DNA of 63,454 nucleotides, counting the filler, from Choristocarpus tenellus KU-1152 (taxonomy: Eukaryota; Protista; Phaeophyceae), in assembly GCA_964200185.2 (NCBI GenBank). It is 11 parts of 11 records of this genome, joined end to end, with 100 filler letters (N's around TTAATTAATTAA, not from the genome) between each part and the next. Parts side by side here need not be neighbours in the genome. Positions count along the whole stretch, not along the records: positions 11,709 to 14,670 come from CAXNAD020023332.1; positions 14,771 to 24,630 come from CAXNAD020003326.1; positions 24,731 to 29,440 come from CAXNAD020013378.1; 8 more parts are not named here. The stretch is one strand, 5' to 3'. Below are positions 13,405-25,570 of the stretch, one piece after another. The notes below the pieces were generated by a model. That model ran no database searches and was not told the DNA's origin. It saw nothing but the letters and a program-made list of their open reading frames with translations. Within the stretch, counting starts at the first letter, position 1; each line of letters starts with the position of its first letter. The position numbers were made by a program, and so were the translations under genes.

Positions 13405-14451
13405 TCTCTTCCTTGGGAAAACCTGCGCCAAACCCCTGACATCTCCCCTGGATTATCTTTAATGCCACTAACTTGCAGTAGGAACAATTGTGGTTCTATT
13501 GGAAGAAGGTTGCTACTCATCATTGCTTCCTCACTGCATAAGTATTTATCATCTATTTTTTAATGGAAGGAAATTCTTGTGAGGTAAAGGAGCAAGGACT
13601 TGCTGTAGCAGTTTCTTCGGGGGCTAGTGCACTTACCTTCAAGGCTCATAGATGTTCTGTCCGATAATTACTGGCGATTACTATTAATATTTAGGACATT
13701 TCATATCATTTCACTTGCAGTAAGTATTGGATTAGATGCTGCTAAGTGAAGGGTCAGAGATTTTGATAAGGTTGAGAAGTATGTAGAGATGCCATAGGAT
13801 AGTGTAATGTTGTAGCATAAAACATATGATGTTCTCTTTCTCACACTTCCACTCACCACGACCAGTGTATCAAGGCACTTGCGACAAATGTCACCATATA
13901 CGTCACTGCATATGTCACCTCCTACACGGGTAGATGTAATAATGAGGTACATCTAACCAAGTTTACACGGCTTGTTGGGTGTTAACAAGAACAAGCCATA
14001 TGCACTTCACATGCATTTGAAAGGGGTAGCCTGCACCATACCTTGGACTGTTCTTTATATATATTATTCCAAGATCAATACACCATAAAAACTAATTGTG
14101 ATAGATGTAATACTATGTACTCTGGAGTACTCAGTTGTAGGTAACACATAGCACGCTTATGACATCAACAGAGACAATTTTGGGATTGAAGGGTGAGATC
14201 TAGGGTTGTCAGGCGTCAGATGGATAGTTGGTCTCTGCAATGAGACATCAAGAACTGCTGGCTGTAGAGTGTCCACAATTGGCGCCAAACAGTAATGTGT
14301 AGTAACCAGTGTCACTTGGCGTGCGAACAACACAAGTGAAGAAAAAAACACACTATTTTAGATCACCTCCATCTACAAGGAGTCTTGGTGGGACTTTAGG
14401 TGGCGGTTCATACCATATTTATTTACCCTGAAGTCCCTTCTGGTTGCATGT

Positions 14452-14632
14452 GGCTCAAAGTATCTGGGGCGGGGGTGGCAGCTGTCCATTTGGGGCTCAT
14501 TTTTCCATGTCATGATTTTTGGGTGATTTGGTTGCATGTGTCGGATGGATAATGTAAGTGTACTTTTCCTGGTCAGGACCCGATTAGGCACCCTGGTGTA
14601 GACCCCCCCCCCCCACCAAGATACTTTGAGTC
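14452..14632 (-). mobile_element. MITE family A, full copy, inverted
   Basis: Reverse complement of the 13222 copy; exact TSD TGT. Confidence 0.9.
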
Positions 14633-15264
14633 TGTCATGTATGGCATGTGCAAGGGTGCCCCATTCGCACNNNNNNNNNNNNNNNNNNNNNNNNNNNNNN
14701 NNNNNNNNNNNNNNTTAATTAATTAANNNNNNNNNNNNNNNNNNNNNNNNNNNNNNNNNNNNNNNNNNNNTAAGAACAAGGGCAAGTGCTAAGACGCACA
14801 AGACAATGGACCTGTTCCCTTCCTTCATGCGCCCCCTCACCTAGACACACTGGTTTGCCCTCTCTCAAGAAGAAAAGAAAAAGACTGACGACTGCACTGA
14901 TACAAAAAAAAACATCAACAGAGGCATTGGCAAACACAGAGTTAAATGGATGATTTTCAAAGAAGCGCTCACCGGGCCTTGACGTGTATACATGTAGTTT
15001 TGTGTCCTCCTCTGGCAAGTTCTTTATTTCAAAGGTATAATTACCACATGTTGAAGACAGACAAACCATTAGCATATGAACTCTATGATGAGTGCTCCCG
15101 TTCCGGCACTGGTAAAGAGGAAAGCTCTATACTAGAGGCCATAGGTGCCATTATACTATGTGAGCCAACTCGACGACTGTGGACTCACACAGGACCAAGA
15201 TCAAAAATACCCTGCCAAAAACAAGGTAATAAGAATGGTTAACTCCTCCACCCCTTCGTCCCAC

Positions 15265-15987
15265 CTGCATTCGGGCAGCCAGCTCCGTTACATTTGCTGC
15301 TAGCTTGGGGTCACGTTTCATGACCGACAGCACCCTTCTCATGTCCCTTTGCGACAGTCCTCTCTCGAGTAAGAACATCAGCATATTGTTTTCATGAACT
15401 TCAGTGGAGTCGATTTTCCTTCCCCTCTGCTCACATTTCCGCAACGATCCTGACTCTTTTCCTTTTCGGTTACGAAATTGGGGGGAGTTCGGAGAGCTAA
15501 CAGCCCTCCCCTCTCCATCACGGTCCCGTATCACCCTTGACCATCGCCAATCGCGGCTTTTCCATCCCCGTGAATCGCCAACCTCCCCGTCCATGAAGGG
15601 TATAGATTCTTCGATACCTAAATGCCGGAAGGGAATGGCATCTGTACTATCCTCGCTGACCGAAACGTTTGTACCTGTTGAAGTTCTGTTGTCAATTTCT
15701 GTCTTCCTCACAGCATACACTGCAACAGCACCAGATTTTACCGTAGTTCTCAATGGATGTCTACTTTCTCCTTCTTTGCTTGACCTCCCTCCTCTAAGCT
15801 GTGGCAATCCACGCCGGGATTGCCCCAGGCGCAAGCTTCCGCCCCCCATGCTCCACCCCAGGTCGAGGTGGCAGTGCTGGGAGGTGAGGGCTGTGGTCGA
15901 TCCCGACAAACCAGTGACGAACAAACCAACAGTTACCCCTCTAGGAATACCAGAGCAACCCCATGGTCTTGCTCTCTTTCCAGCCAT
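15265..15987 (-). CDS. First exon of a probable organelle-targeted mTERF-family protein
   Basis: ATG at 15987, then a hydrophobic signal-like N-terminus and a basic transit-like region. The exon ends in FLLERGLSQRDMRRVLSVMKRDPKLAANVTELAARMQ|GTGGGA, which resembles an mTERF repeat. Downstream exons lie beyond the contig end. Confidence 0.5.
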
Positions 15988-17063
15988 CGAGAGATCAGCA
16001 TCCACCCAGCCCTGCTTAATTCACGGCTACTACACCAGAGAACAGGAAGTCCAGCGAGGCACACGCCATAAGCACGGAGAAAGTCAAGAGAGCTCCACAC
16101 AGTGGTAGCAACACCACCTTTGCAAGGTTGGAAACAATGACATTTTTAAAATTTCATGGGAATCTCTCCTCTTGCCTCTCTCCTTCGTCACTCCTTTGAG
16201 AGATGGTGGGTGGTACGTGTACAGGACGATAGTACGACCTACGTAGCAAAAACCAGTTCATGTTGTTTGAATTGTAAAGAGATGGTGAGGCATGTTTGAT
16301 CTTTTGTCAACAACATTGTATTAACACTTCACTGAAAGTAATACATACCTACATAAATGTAATAGGTAATAATGGTTCACTAGAGGGACCTGCAAGAGCA
16401 GTAACTGGGCATAGTGGCCAATGTGCCTACACTGTACCATGCTTATAGGAAGTCCTGTCCAATTCATTTTACTTGGACTGCCAGATCTCTTAAGATCTCC
16501 CATTATATCAAGCACATTCTACAATCCTTTTGAAACTACACTCTGCAACAGATATTTGAACTGTTGGGACAGTGAGGTGGGACAACGACCGACCGGCACA
16601 TCCCTTAGAGATTATAACTAACGTCAGGTTTCACCACAGAAAAAGCTATCCTTTAGATGCATTTCCATCTTACGGATGCCATCAATGTATAAGGAATGGC
16701 GTTGCGATATGATTCAGACATAGTTGAAGGCTTAGCAATGGGCCGAATACTGCCTAACATGGGGAATAAATGTCCTCTATAGGGCTGTTTTCTCTTCTGT
16801 GTAGAATATTTTTAACGTGCTGAACTCTTTTGTTCTTCTAGAGCCCAATTCCTTTCTGCAGTTTTGAATGTTTTATACTGATAGGGATAGACTATCGTGG
16901 AAGGTTGTGCAGGTGTTACGTAGTTTAATTCATGCGACCTTGAACAAAGACAAAAGTTATACCTGCTAGGATTCTAAATGCTTGCAAGAAGCAAGCGATC
17001 CTCGTCTAGCAATGCGTTGCGTTCAGCAGGTGTGTCGAGTGTTGTCTTCCTCCTATACCATTG

Positions 17064-20000
17064 ATGCATGGAACCTGCACGCAATCGACATTATTTGCTG
17101 TTCTACCTACCAGCCCAACAAATTCTGTTGCACTGTTGTCGCCTTTATCTCCAAAGAGGATACAGATTGCGATACTCCCTCTACATCCTTCCTCGAACTC
17201 AATATTCAGGCTCCTGGAGAGGGAACAGATCCTCAAGTTAGGCTCCGGCTAAGGGCTACACCGTATGTACCACACAGGAAAGGGGACACAATTTGCCTTG
17301 CGCAACAAGAAGAAGCGAGAACGCTGGGAATGGTGTGTTGAAGTGTTCTTGGTTCTACAGGGCTCGTGCACATTCCCGGATTTTCCAAGCTTGACAACAA
17401 GGAGTGCGAGACACTTTTTTGGAGCACGACAAGCATTAATTCACATTGTTCCATTTGCCTCTGACCCCCCCCCTGTCAACCTCTTAGAATGCACCAGTGA
17501 CTGACCCAAATATCCATTCATTGGATCAATGCGTTGTTCTCATGGCAGGCTAGGAGATGCTGTCTTGATTGAAGTGATTGCACGCCTTCTATCCCATGAG
17601 GCGATCGAGGCACTTGAGAGAGGGAAGGAGGGAAGCAACGGAGTCCCTTCATCTTTGCACCCGCTAGAGCATCGTCTTGGCAGAGGAATAGCATTAGTGG
17701 TAAGCAATGCCAACCTCGCTCAGGTCTACATGTCGGAGCTTCCAGGCCTCACAGCCTTCCTGGGCTTGGGCGAAGAGCGAAAGCTTCCCCCTGATGGTCT
17801 TCAGCATACAACATTTGTGGAGGACACCATATTAGGGAGTCCTTCAAAGGGCATAGACAAGCGGTTGCCGGATTTGGTTGAATCTTTGATTGGCGAGGCA
17901 TTTGAAGACTCGCTCAGGCTTGCAGGGAGAGACTGGAAGGCTTGCCATTTTTCCAATGGTTGCAGGTACACAAGATCGGTGGTAGTATATCTGTTGTGAT
18001 TTGCTGATGAATGAAGCACATTAGTCACAGTTCATGCATTTCCTTTAGTAATTGCTTTGCATGTTGCATGTGTGCAATGGGTTGCTTCTCTTGGGTAGTC
18101 TCTTCTTCTGAGAGAGGTACATTCGATCATGACATGTATTGTTTGAGTCCTTGCTGTGACATTTTTTTTGTTATCCTACCCCCTTATTTTGACCAGGGCT
18201 GCTCTGGTAGGGCACCTTGTTGCTGCAGCTCTTAGCTCAGAGCTCTTAATATCATGGTTAGCTTCAAATGGTCCAGCAGAAAGAGACACAGATAGGTCAG
18301 AATGGCACACTAACAGGTTTTCTGCCTTAGCCAATGCATGTGGGGAAGAAGGCGATGGTGACCTTTTTGGTGCCGAGAATGAGCCTGACTGCTACAGCAA
18401 TCATGGGAAAGATGGTGACCTCCTATATTCAACAAAGAAAGCTAGTGTTAAGTGTGGTCTTGATACCCAGCCTGAGGGGGACAAGATGAAGTTTGCTGTA
18501 AATGAGTCCTCAAGTGACAATTGTGGCGTTCCTTGTGTCATGAACGACAAGAGATCAAATCAAGATAGTCCCAGTAGGTCAAAAAGTGATAAATCCCCCC
18601 TCCATCATCCGGACTCTCTTACTATCATGAGGGATCGCAGTGAGGTTTTCCTCAGTGGGAATATCCATGTTAACTACACTGCAGATAGGGATTCCAGTCT
18701 CATACCCACCCGTCCATTTCCCTCTAATGGGGATCCCCTTCATGCCACTGATGGAGATCCTAGCCCCATCCCTAACCCATCACACCCCAGGGTTCATGCA
18801 CTTACCTTCCCTGCTGATGTTGATGGTGATGCCATGACTGTTGCTGATGTAGGCAGGAGAGCTGTGTATCAACACTATGGTGCTTCTCTCTTGAGGTTCC
18901 GTGTGAGCCTGTGTTTGTATCTGTCAGGGTGTGAGGGGGTGCAGCAAGGCCCTAAGGAGCTCACGATGAGGCGTCAGCATGTTATGTGTGCTGAGAACCT
19001 TGAGGAAGTTGCTCTGGAGCTAGGCCTAGGGAAGGAGTTGAGCAACCAAGGATTTAGGCATAGTGGTCAGGACAAGAGGAAGAAAAATGAACAAGGTCGA
19101 GACTGTTATGGAGGGGATCAACTAGAGATTGCAGCACAAAAAAAAACAGTATGTGGGACTGGACCAGAGCAAGGACGGAGGTTGGGGGGAGAAATCAAAG
19201 ACCTCTCTTTGGCGAATGCCCTTCGTGTAGCAGTGGGGTACGCAGAGTTGACCAAGTTGGGTGATGCAGGATTCAGCTCCAAGGTTGTATCAATGTTGCT
19301 CTCTCACTCAAAGGTGGAATGTAACAGTCTGATCAGAGACCCCCAGGGAAACAGGGGGAGAGCAGGGGAAGTGCAAGGTAATGAAGAACTCAACCCGGAA
19401 CTAGAATTTTCCATTGGCGGAGAAGATAAGGGGGGTTCAGCTAGATGCCAGGGCCAGAAAGATCAGAGGTGTGAGACGGTGGGACTAGCCTACTGTTGCG
19501 ATCCCTGGCCCATAAGTGAGCTCCCTTTGGCGAGAAATGCGGCTGCACGACTATTTCACAATAGTTTAATGAAGGGTGGACTGAAAGCTGCCGCAAAAGG
19601 AGACTCGAGCAGGAAAGATGTTGGTTCTAGCGATGACCTCAATGTCTACAGCCCTACTGAAAGTAATGACTGCCTTCAACGGAAGCGAAAACGTGGGACA
19701 AGGTTTGTGAACCAGCCTCTGAGTGGCAGAGATGCAACTCCTGCAGCGATCCCTGAGAGGTACGTTACTCTGGTGGAATGCCTGCCTGGGGAACAGCGCC
19801 GTCTGCTAGCTCGACTGGGTCATCATGAGTATGTCAAAGTCCTCGAGACTCTTTTGGGCCAATTTGTCTCCTGCTCCCCCCCAGGCTCTCCAACCTCCAG
19901 TTTGATGCTGAATGTGGAGCCGGACTTGAACCTGGACCTGAACCTGGACCTGAACCTGGACCTGAATCCGGACTGGGAGTCAGCAGGCTTTCCCCCTGAC

Positions 20001-20549
20001 TGTCAAGATGGTGTGGTGTCTTCAAGTGTCCCTTTTTCCCGATTGAACCGCCTCCCATGTACTAGTACCACCTCCTTGCCCAGACCTTCAGGTGAGGGGT
20101 TAACAGAATTGCAGAGTCAAGATTGTAATGAGAGCACACAAGACGACGGTGGGGTCTGGTTGGCTTTTTGTTCAGGAAGGGCTCATCCGTCTCTTGCTGG
20201 GCTAGTAGAACCTCTCTGCCTCGCAGCACACAGTCCTGAGCAGCTTGTGTTGCCCATTCCAAACCCCTTCTATCGTCGAGTTCTCCATGCTCTTTGCTCT
20301 ATCCATGGTTTGTGCTCAAGTGGGGGTGAGATCAGTGGCGGAGGTGGGACAGGGGGTAAGATAGTGCGCCTCACTAAGAAGGAAGGCAAAGGTGGTCGGG
20401 GTAAGGTTAAAGGGCGGCACCGCATGGTTGAAGTGACTAGACCTGCAGTCAGGGTTAGGGAAGGTAATGTGGGGGCTTTGGGAGGGCTTCTTATCCCTGT
20501 GGAAACTCTTCTAGGTGGTGGGTTATCAGAAGACAGGTCCAAGGTTTGA
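17064..20549 (+). CDS. RNase III-family protein: active RNase III domain, degenerate second RNase III domain and C-terminal R3H module
   Basis: An exon ending at 17332 spliced to exon 17549-17965 gives RERWEW-LGDAVL…VVSNANLAQV…KRLPDLVESLIGEAFEDS. A phase-2 intron joins exon 18197-20549, which contains a second RNase III-like segment (about 18790-19310) and NPFYRRVLHALCSIHGLCSSG (R3H). The 5' end is uncertain because of an in-frame TAA at 17250. Confidence 0.8.
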
Positions 20550-23119
20550 ACCACTATGTTGTTGAGATCAGATACTGTGGTCTTTTGAAAGTCATATTCT
20601 GCCGTGTTATGCAGTTGTTGTGCTGCCTCTCTATAATCTCTTCTACCCTGCGGAAAGATATTCCTGAGTGAGGATACATGTCCCTGGGCTTCCTGTTCAG
20701 CTTTTCGGTTGTGTATGCGACCTATTTTGTCCTCTTCATGGCATGATGCTCTTCAGCAAGAGGTACGTAGGCATTTAAGTTATCCGCGTTCAGAGAGCTG
20801 GAGCAGTCCAGAATTTGCTTGATAGTCAATGGGGAGGTATTTTCCATGTAAGGTGCTGTTGTGCTAGTATATATATGTATAGGGATTGCTGTAGAGAGGT
20901 TACTTTGATCCTAAGGGTAAGAGGTCCATGCAAATCTTTTTTCAGCGCTGCCAAATTGGTGCGTGCTTTGTAGGACATGAAAAGTATACTCTGAGAGTTC
21001 TTTGTGAAGACCTTGGAGTTGCCAAAATATGGACAGCGTATATGTGTGCATAGTCGGTGTCACCAAGGTAATATGGCAACTGAGAAGGGTCAAGACCTTT
21101 TCCCACCCCGGGGTGAATGGAGAATATCTTTCTTTTTAGTTCTTTCCATTAGTGTATTTTCTTGAGGAGGATACCTTCTTTTTTTTGTATTCTATGCTAT
21201 TAATAACAGTATATGGAAAATCGATAGGATTTTGTGATAGTTGATTGTTCTCACTAGAGCTCATTTGAAGATTCAATAAATATCTTTTTCCTCGATGTGG
21301 GAATGCCACCTGTTGATGGTAGACAACTGCACTGATACTTTGATTTAATGTTTTGTTATTTTTTGTATCTGCACTTTAGTCTTGGACTAGGAGCCTACAT
21401 TGACGCTATCTAGCCCTGACCTGTGGTCAGAGATACTGCACACTATACTACTTCCCTATACCTATGAACTAGCTGTTCAACTACAACTAATTGCACTACC
21501 CTGTGTGTGCCTTACATCTTTCTGGTACACTGGGTTCAGCCATCCATCTTCTTGTAGCCTCACTTCCTACATCAAATCTTGTCCAGTACTTGCTTAGCAT
21601 TAATGAACCTTTCCCATCACGATTCAGGTTGTCTACATCCCTCTTTGTGATTTTAGCAACAGTCAGTTAGGTACAGGTTTACTGTTGTGATGTGGTTCCC
21701 ATGTGGTCCATTGCAATCAAATGTCCCTTTAAAATATTTTCTGACCTTGGCCGGGTTTGAACCTGTACATTCCTTTGATGGAACTGGGTAAACTGTCACT
21801 GAGCTACGGGATTGGTCAAGAGCTCTCATTAGGTACTGTGGAAAGCAACCTCCCTGTGCTGTTACTTCAACATGATGTATTTTTCCACATCAAAGCACAC
21901 AAAACTTACTTTGTTTGAAGTATATCTGCTGTGCGGTCTTACAGGTGATGATCTCAGAGGGGGACTCCTCGTTACAGAGACCTGTGGCCCACATGAGGTG
22001 ATCACAGGAGTGTGGGAGGGAAGGAGAGGGGAAGGTGTGAAGTGGAAGGAGGCCTGTCATGGCTGGGTGGGAGAGAGTGGTGGATGTTCGATGTGGAAGT
22101 CAAGAGGATTGAAGTTTGTACTTTGAAGCACTCCTGCAGTAAGTTAAGAGGTATACCTCAAACCACGTTACTTCCTGTGTGTGCACCGACCGTATTGCAC
22201 TGTGTGGGGTGCGACTGACTGTCGTCTACAATGGGTTTGTACGGTATGTTTGCGGTTGTTGAGTTGATTTTTTTTTTCTACAGCCTGTGCTCTGCACACG
22301 CCTTCGAACCCTTTTTGATTTCAACGGTGCTGAGGCAGCATCTTGACTGTAAGCGATGAACAAACTCGTCTCAAGAGAACATTCTGACAGGGCCTGACCC
22401 TGCTATTCACCTTGTGAATCCTCAATTCGGCGTTGACTTTCACACCATGTATATGATGCAGTCTGGACTGCCTCTTCCTGGGCTGAACCTGTATCATGTA
22501 TGCTGTTTTGTGATAGGGTTACAGTTTAGTCAGCAGTACTGTATGACTACGTAAGAAACTACTGACACTGTACGTTTAATTTTGTATATATACCCTTGGC
22601 GGTTCATGTTGCAAATGTCATACTCCTTCGCCGATCGTTGATTTATTGGCCTGTGGAAATGAGGAGGCGCCTGGATTAGTTCACAGCCTGCCCTGCAGAA
22701 GGGGCCCTATATATTTTTTTCTGTAGTGTGCGAAGGCACTTGTGTTTTGCCATGCTATGCAATGCCATGCCATGCAATGCACCGATGAGGTGCATTTTGT
22801 TGCGAGTTGTGGATCATGCAGGACCATCAGTGCTGCATCTGGTGAGGTCATTGCATAGTCCGGAGTAGATTTATCAAGGTGCGATTCGATGCCATGAAAA
22901 TGAGAAATGAAAGGTGTTCCAAAGGGGTTTCGATTTTGATCCTAATCAGAGGTTTTGGAAGGAGCGCTTCTGAACAAAGATGTCAAGAGGTGGCAAGTCA
23001 GCTCGTGACGGCTAGTGGACGAATGCCTTACCTGCCAGTAGTGCCTATGTGTAGATGTCTAAATACCCATGAATCTTCATGTACATCCACCCGAAAGTTG
23101 TTTTTTTAAATATTATTTA

Positions 23120-24430
23120 TCTGGTATCCGTGTTCCGATATATTTGGGCAAAGTGGATGTTCAGGCAAAGCTTGAGAGCTGGTGGTTTGGGTTCTCATGA
23201 CGAGGGAATACTGACACATTTGTTTCTGTGAATGTTTCCTATGAACTGTTGAAGAAGGCATCGGATCCACTTCTTTGAAGTGAATTAGACTTAGAATTCT
23301 AGTGGAACCTGTTGAGGTTCCAACTCTTAACAGAAAATGACTGGTGGATTGTGACCAATGAGGAGGTTTGCTTGGGAGGTTTGTGGTGGATTCATTTGAC
23401 CAAGTTTGTTTAGAGGCATGTGGTGTCTTTGAGGGGTGGTTTTGGTGTAGCAAACAAAGGTGTCGCACCCTTTTTCTCCTATTTTGAAAAAGGTTGATAC
23501 TTGTATTGCCCTTCAATGTTTCATCCATCACAACTAATATGTGAAACGCTGGAGTATGAACTGTGAAAGGACGGACTACGGAAAAATCAAGATCAATAGC
23601 TCAATCGCATTTCATGTTCTTATTCTGAGCTCTGCTGTAGAGTAGAAGGCCTGCAGTTCCACTTGATCTTGAAGACTTCAATTCTCAAAGTACCGTTTTA
23701 CTTAACATTGGAGTGCTTTGCGTTTGAACCTTTATGAAGATATGCTGTCAGGAGTGTTCGTCATCATTACACTGTCAGGTCTGGCCTAGAGGAAACAGTT
23801 ACAATAACTTTTGTCCCCTCAATTACTTGAAATGACACTAATCCATGGCTAGTCCTTTGTGCAGTCAGACCAGTACCACATGATTGTACATGGTATCCTC
23901 CAATTACGAAGCAATGAGACAATGGGTTATACTTCACTCGAGGAGCTCATTTGCCTCACAGGACTGTGCTGTATACTTTTTTGTTCTGAAGCCCTGGAGG
24001 CGTATGACTCTCTTGGGTAAACAGCCATAACCCTTGAGTTGTACAGTTCAGGTGTTGGTTGCCGATTGAACCACCCCAGCATTTGCACCTCTTTCAGAAT
24101 GTGGATTCACCTTCTCCATGCAGTAGAAAACCCCAAGTAATGAATTATTTTTTGTTACCACACAAAAAAAGGAAAATGGCCAGACCTACCCAGGTCAACA
24201 CACACATACTTCGGATACTTTCGTTCAAAAACTTACTCTGCACAACTTCTTCCAACATCCACACCTTCAAGACCATCCCATTCCAAACCAGCAATTTGAC
24301 AAAACATGCTTTGGTTTTGAAAAGGGGGGTCGGCATGGACAGTTTCAACTACTCCTGTGGTACAGAGTTTATTGCTGACAGAAAAAGGTGTATTCAACAT
24401 ACATTTGGCAGTATCTTGCATTATCATACA
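23120..24430 (+). mobile_element. Highly decayed Ty1/copia-like gag-protease relic
   Basis: Fragments GIRVPIYLGKVDVQAKLESWWFGF (gag-like) and EFIADRKRCIQHTFG (eroded W.xDSGAxxH protease motif); many stops. Confidence 0.3.
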
Positions 24431-25570
24431 CTATTGCGGACAAAAGCTGTCCCAACATATTTCTGGTCCCTATTTTTCCCCCTCTAGTTGCATTTGAAAT
24501 AAGCTGAGGCATATAATGTAGAGGCCCTCCTGTGAATCCGGCATGGGGTTAGAGGGCAAACAAGCAGTGTGTGCCCCTTCTTTACATTGGATAAGCTTAC
24601 CCCCCCCCCCCCCCCCCCCCCCGTTTATGCNNNNNNNNNNNNNNNNNNNNNNNNNNNNNNNNNNNNNNNNNNNNTTAATTAATTAANNNNNNNNNNNNNN
24701 NNNNNNNNNNNNNNNNNNNNNNNNNNNNNNCCCCCCAGATACTTTGGGTCTCATATTACACATTTACACTTGCTCTCATAGTGCATACCCACTCAAACAC
24801 AAAATAATTGTGAACATCAAATGCTACCATTGGAGTGATCAATGGTGACATCTTTGCATGTAAACAGGACCTGGAAGATGATGAAATTCTGCTGGGCATG
24901 TTGGCAAGGGGAATCTGCCAGGTGAACCTCTTTGATGGGAAGATGAGGAACATCAGCATAAACTAGTCAAATGGAATAGGAGGATCATCATGTGAAGATG
25001 AGGTTGGCATTTGGCACTATTTCATCATCAGCATGCTCCTGATATCTGAGGCAGAAACTAAAGGTCTCAGACCATCGCGAGTGCACCTTGATATATGCAA
25101 ACAAGATGATTCTGCAGACCCTCTCACGGTGTAATCAGGAATCGTTTCATTACGTCATTGGGGTAGTCTATTTGAGTTTGAAGCCTTAAGATTAATAGTG
25201 TGCATAAAACGAGAATGCAATTACAATTATGAAATGGAAAAGTTGAGCACTGTTGAATGTCTGACGGAATGAGGGGTGTTGCATCGACTTGCCAAGTACT
25301 GTAGTCTCACTATCCCTGTGAAACACACCAGATGGTAGCTATGAACCTGGTATGAAACCTGATTTTCACTGTATATTAACCCTGCTCAATAAAAAAACAG
25401 GAGCAGGATTTTTGAATGAACTCATAGTGGCTTTTAAGTCATTGCAAACAATTACTATTACTACTCTCAACCTCATTCACAAGGAAGCCCTGAACACCCT
25501 AACACGTCTGTAGCCAACAATACCATTGTCAGCGCATCCTCCTGACTCACCCGCACCATATTTCTGACAG

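Noticed and set aside
15404-16108. 234-aa plus-strand ORF
   Set aside because: Antisense shadow of the mTERF-like exon. The ORFs at 28812-29432 and 27387-27839 likewise shadow the Tudor gene.
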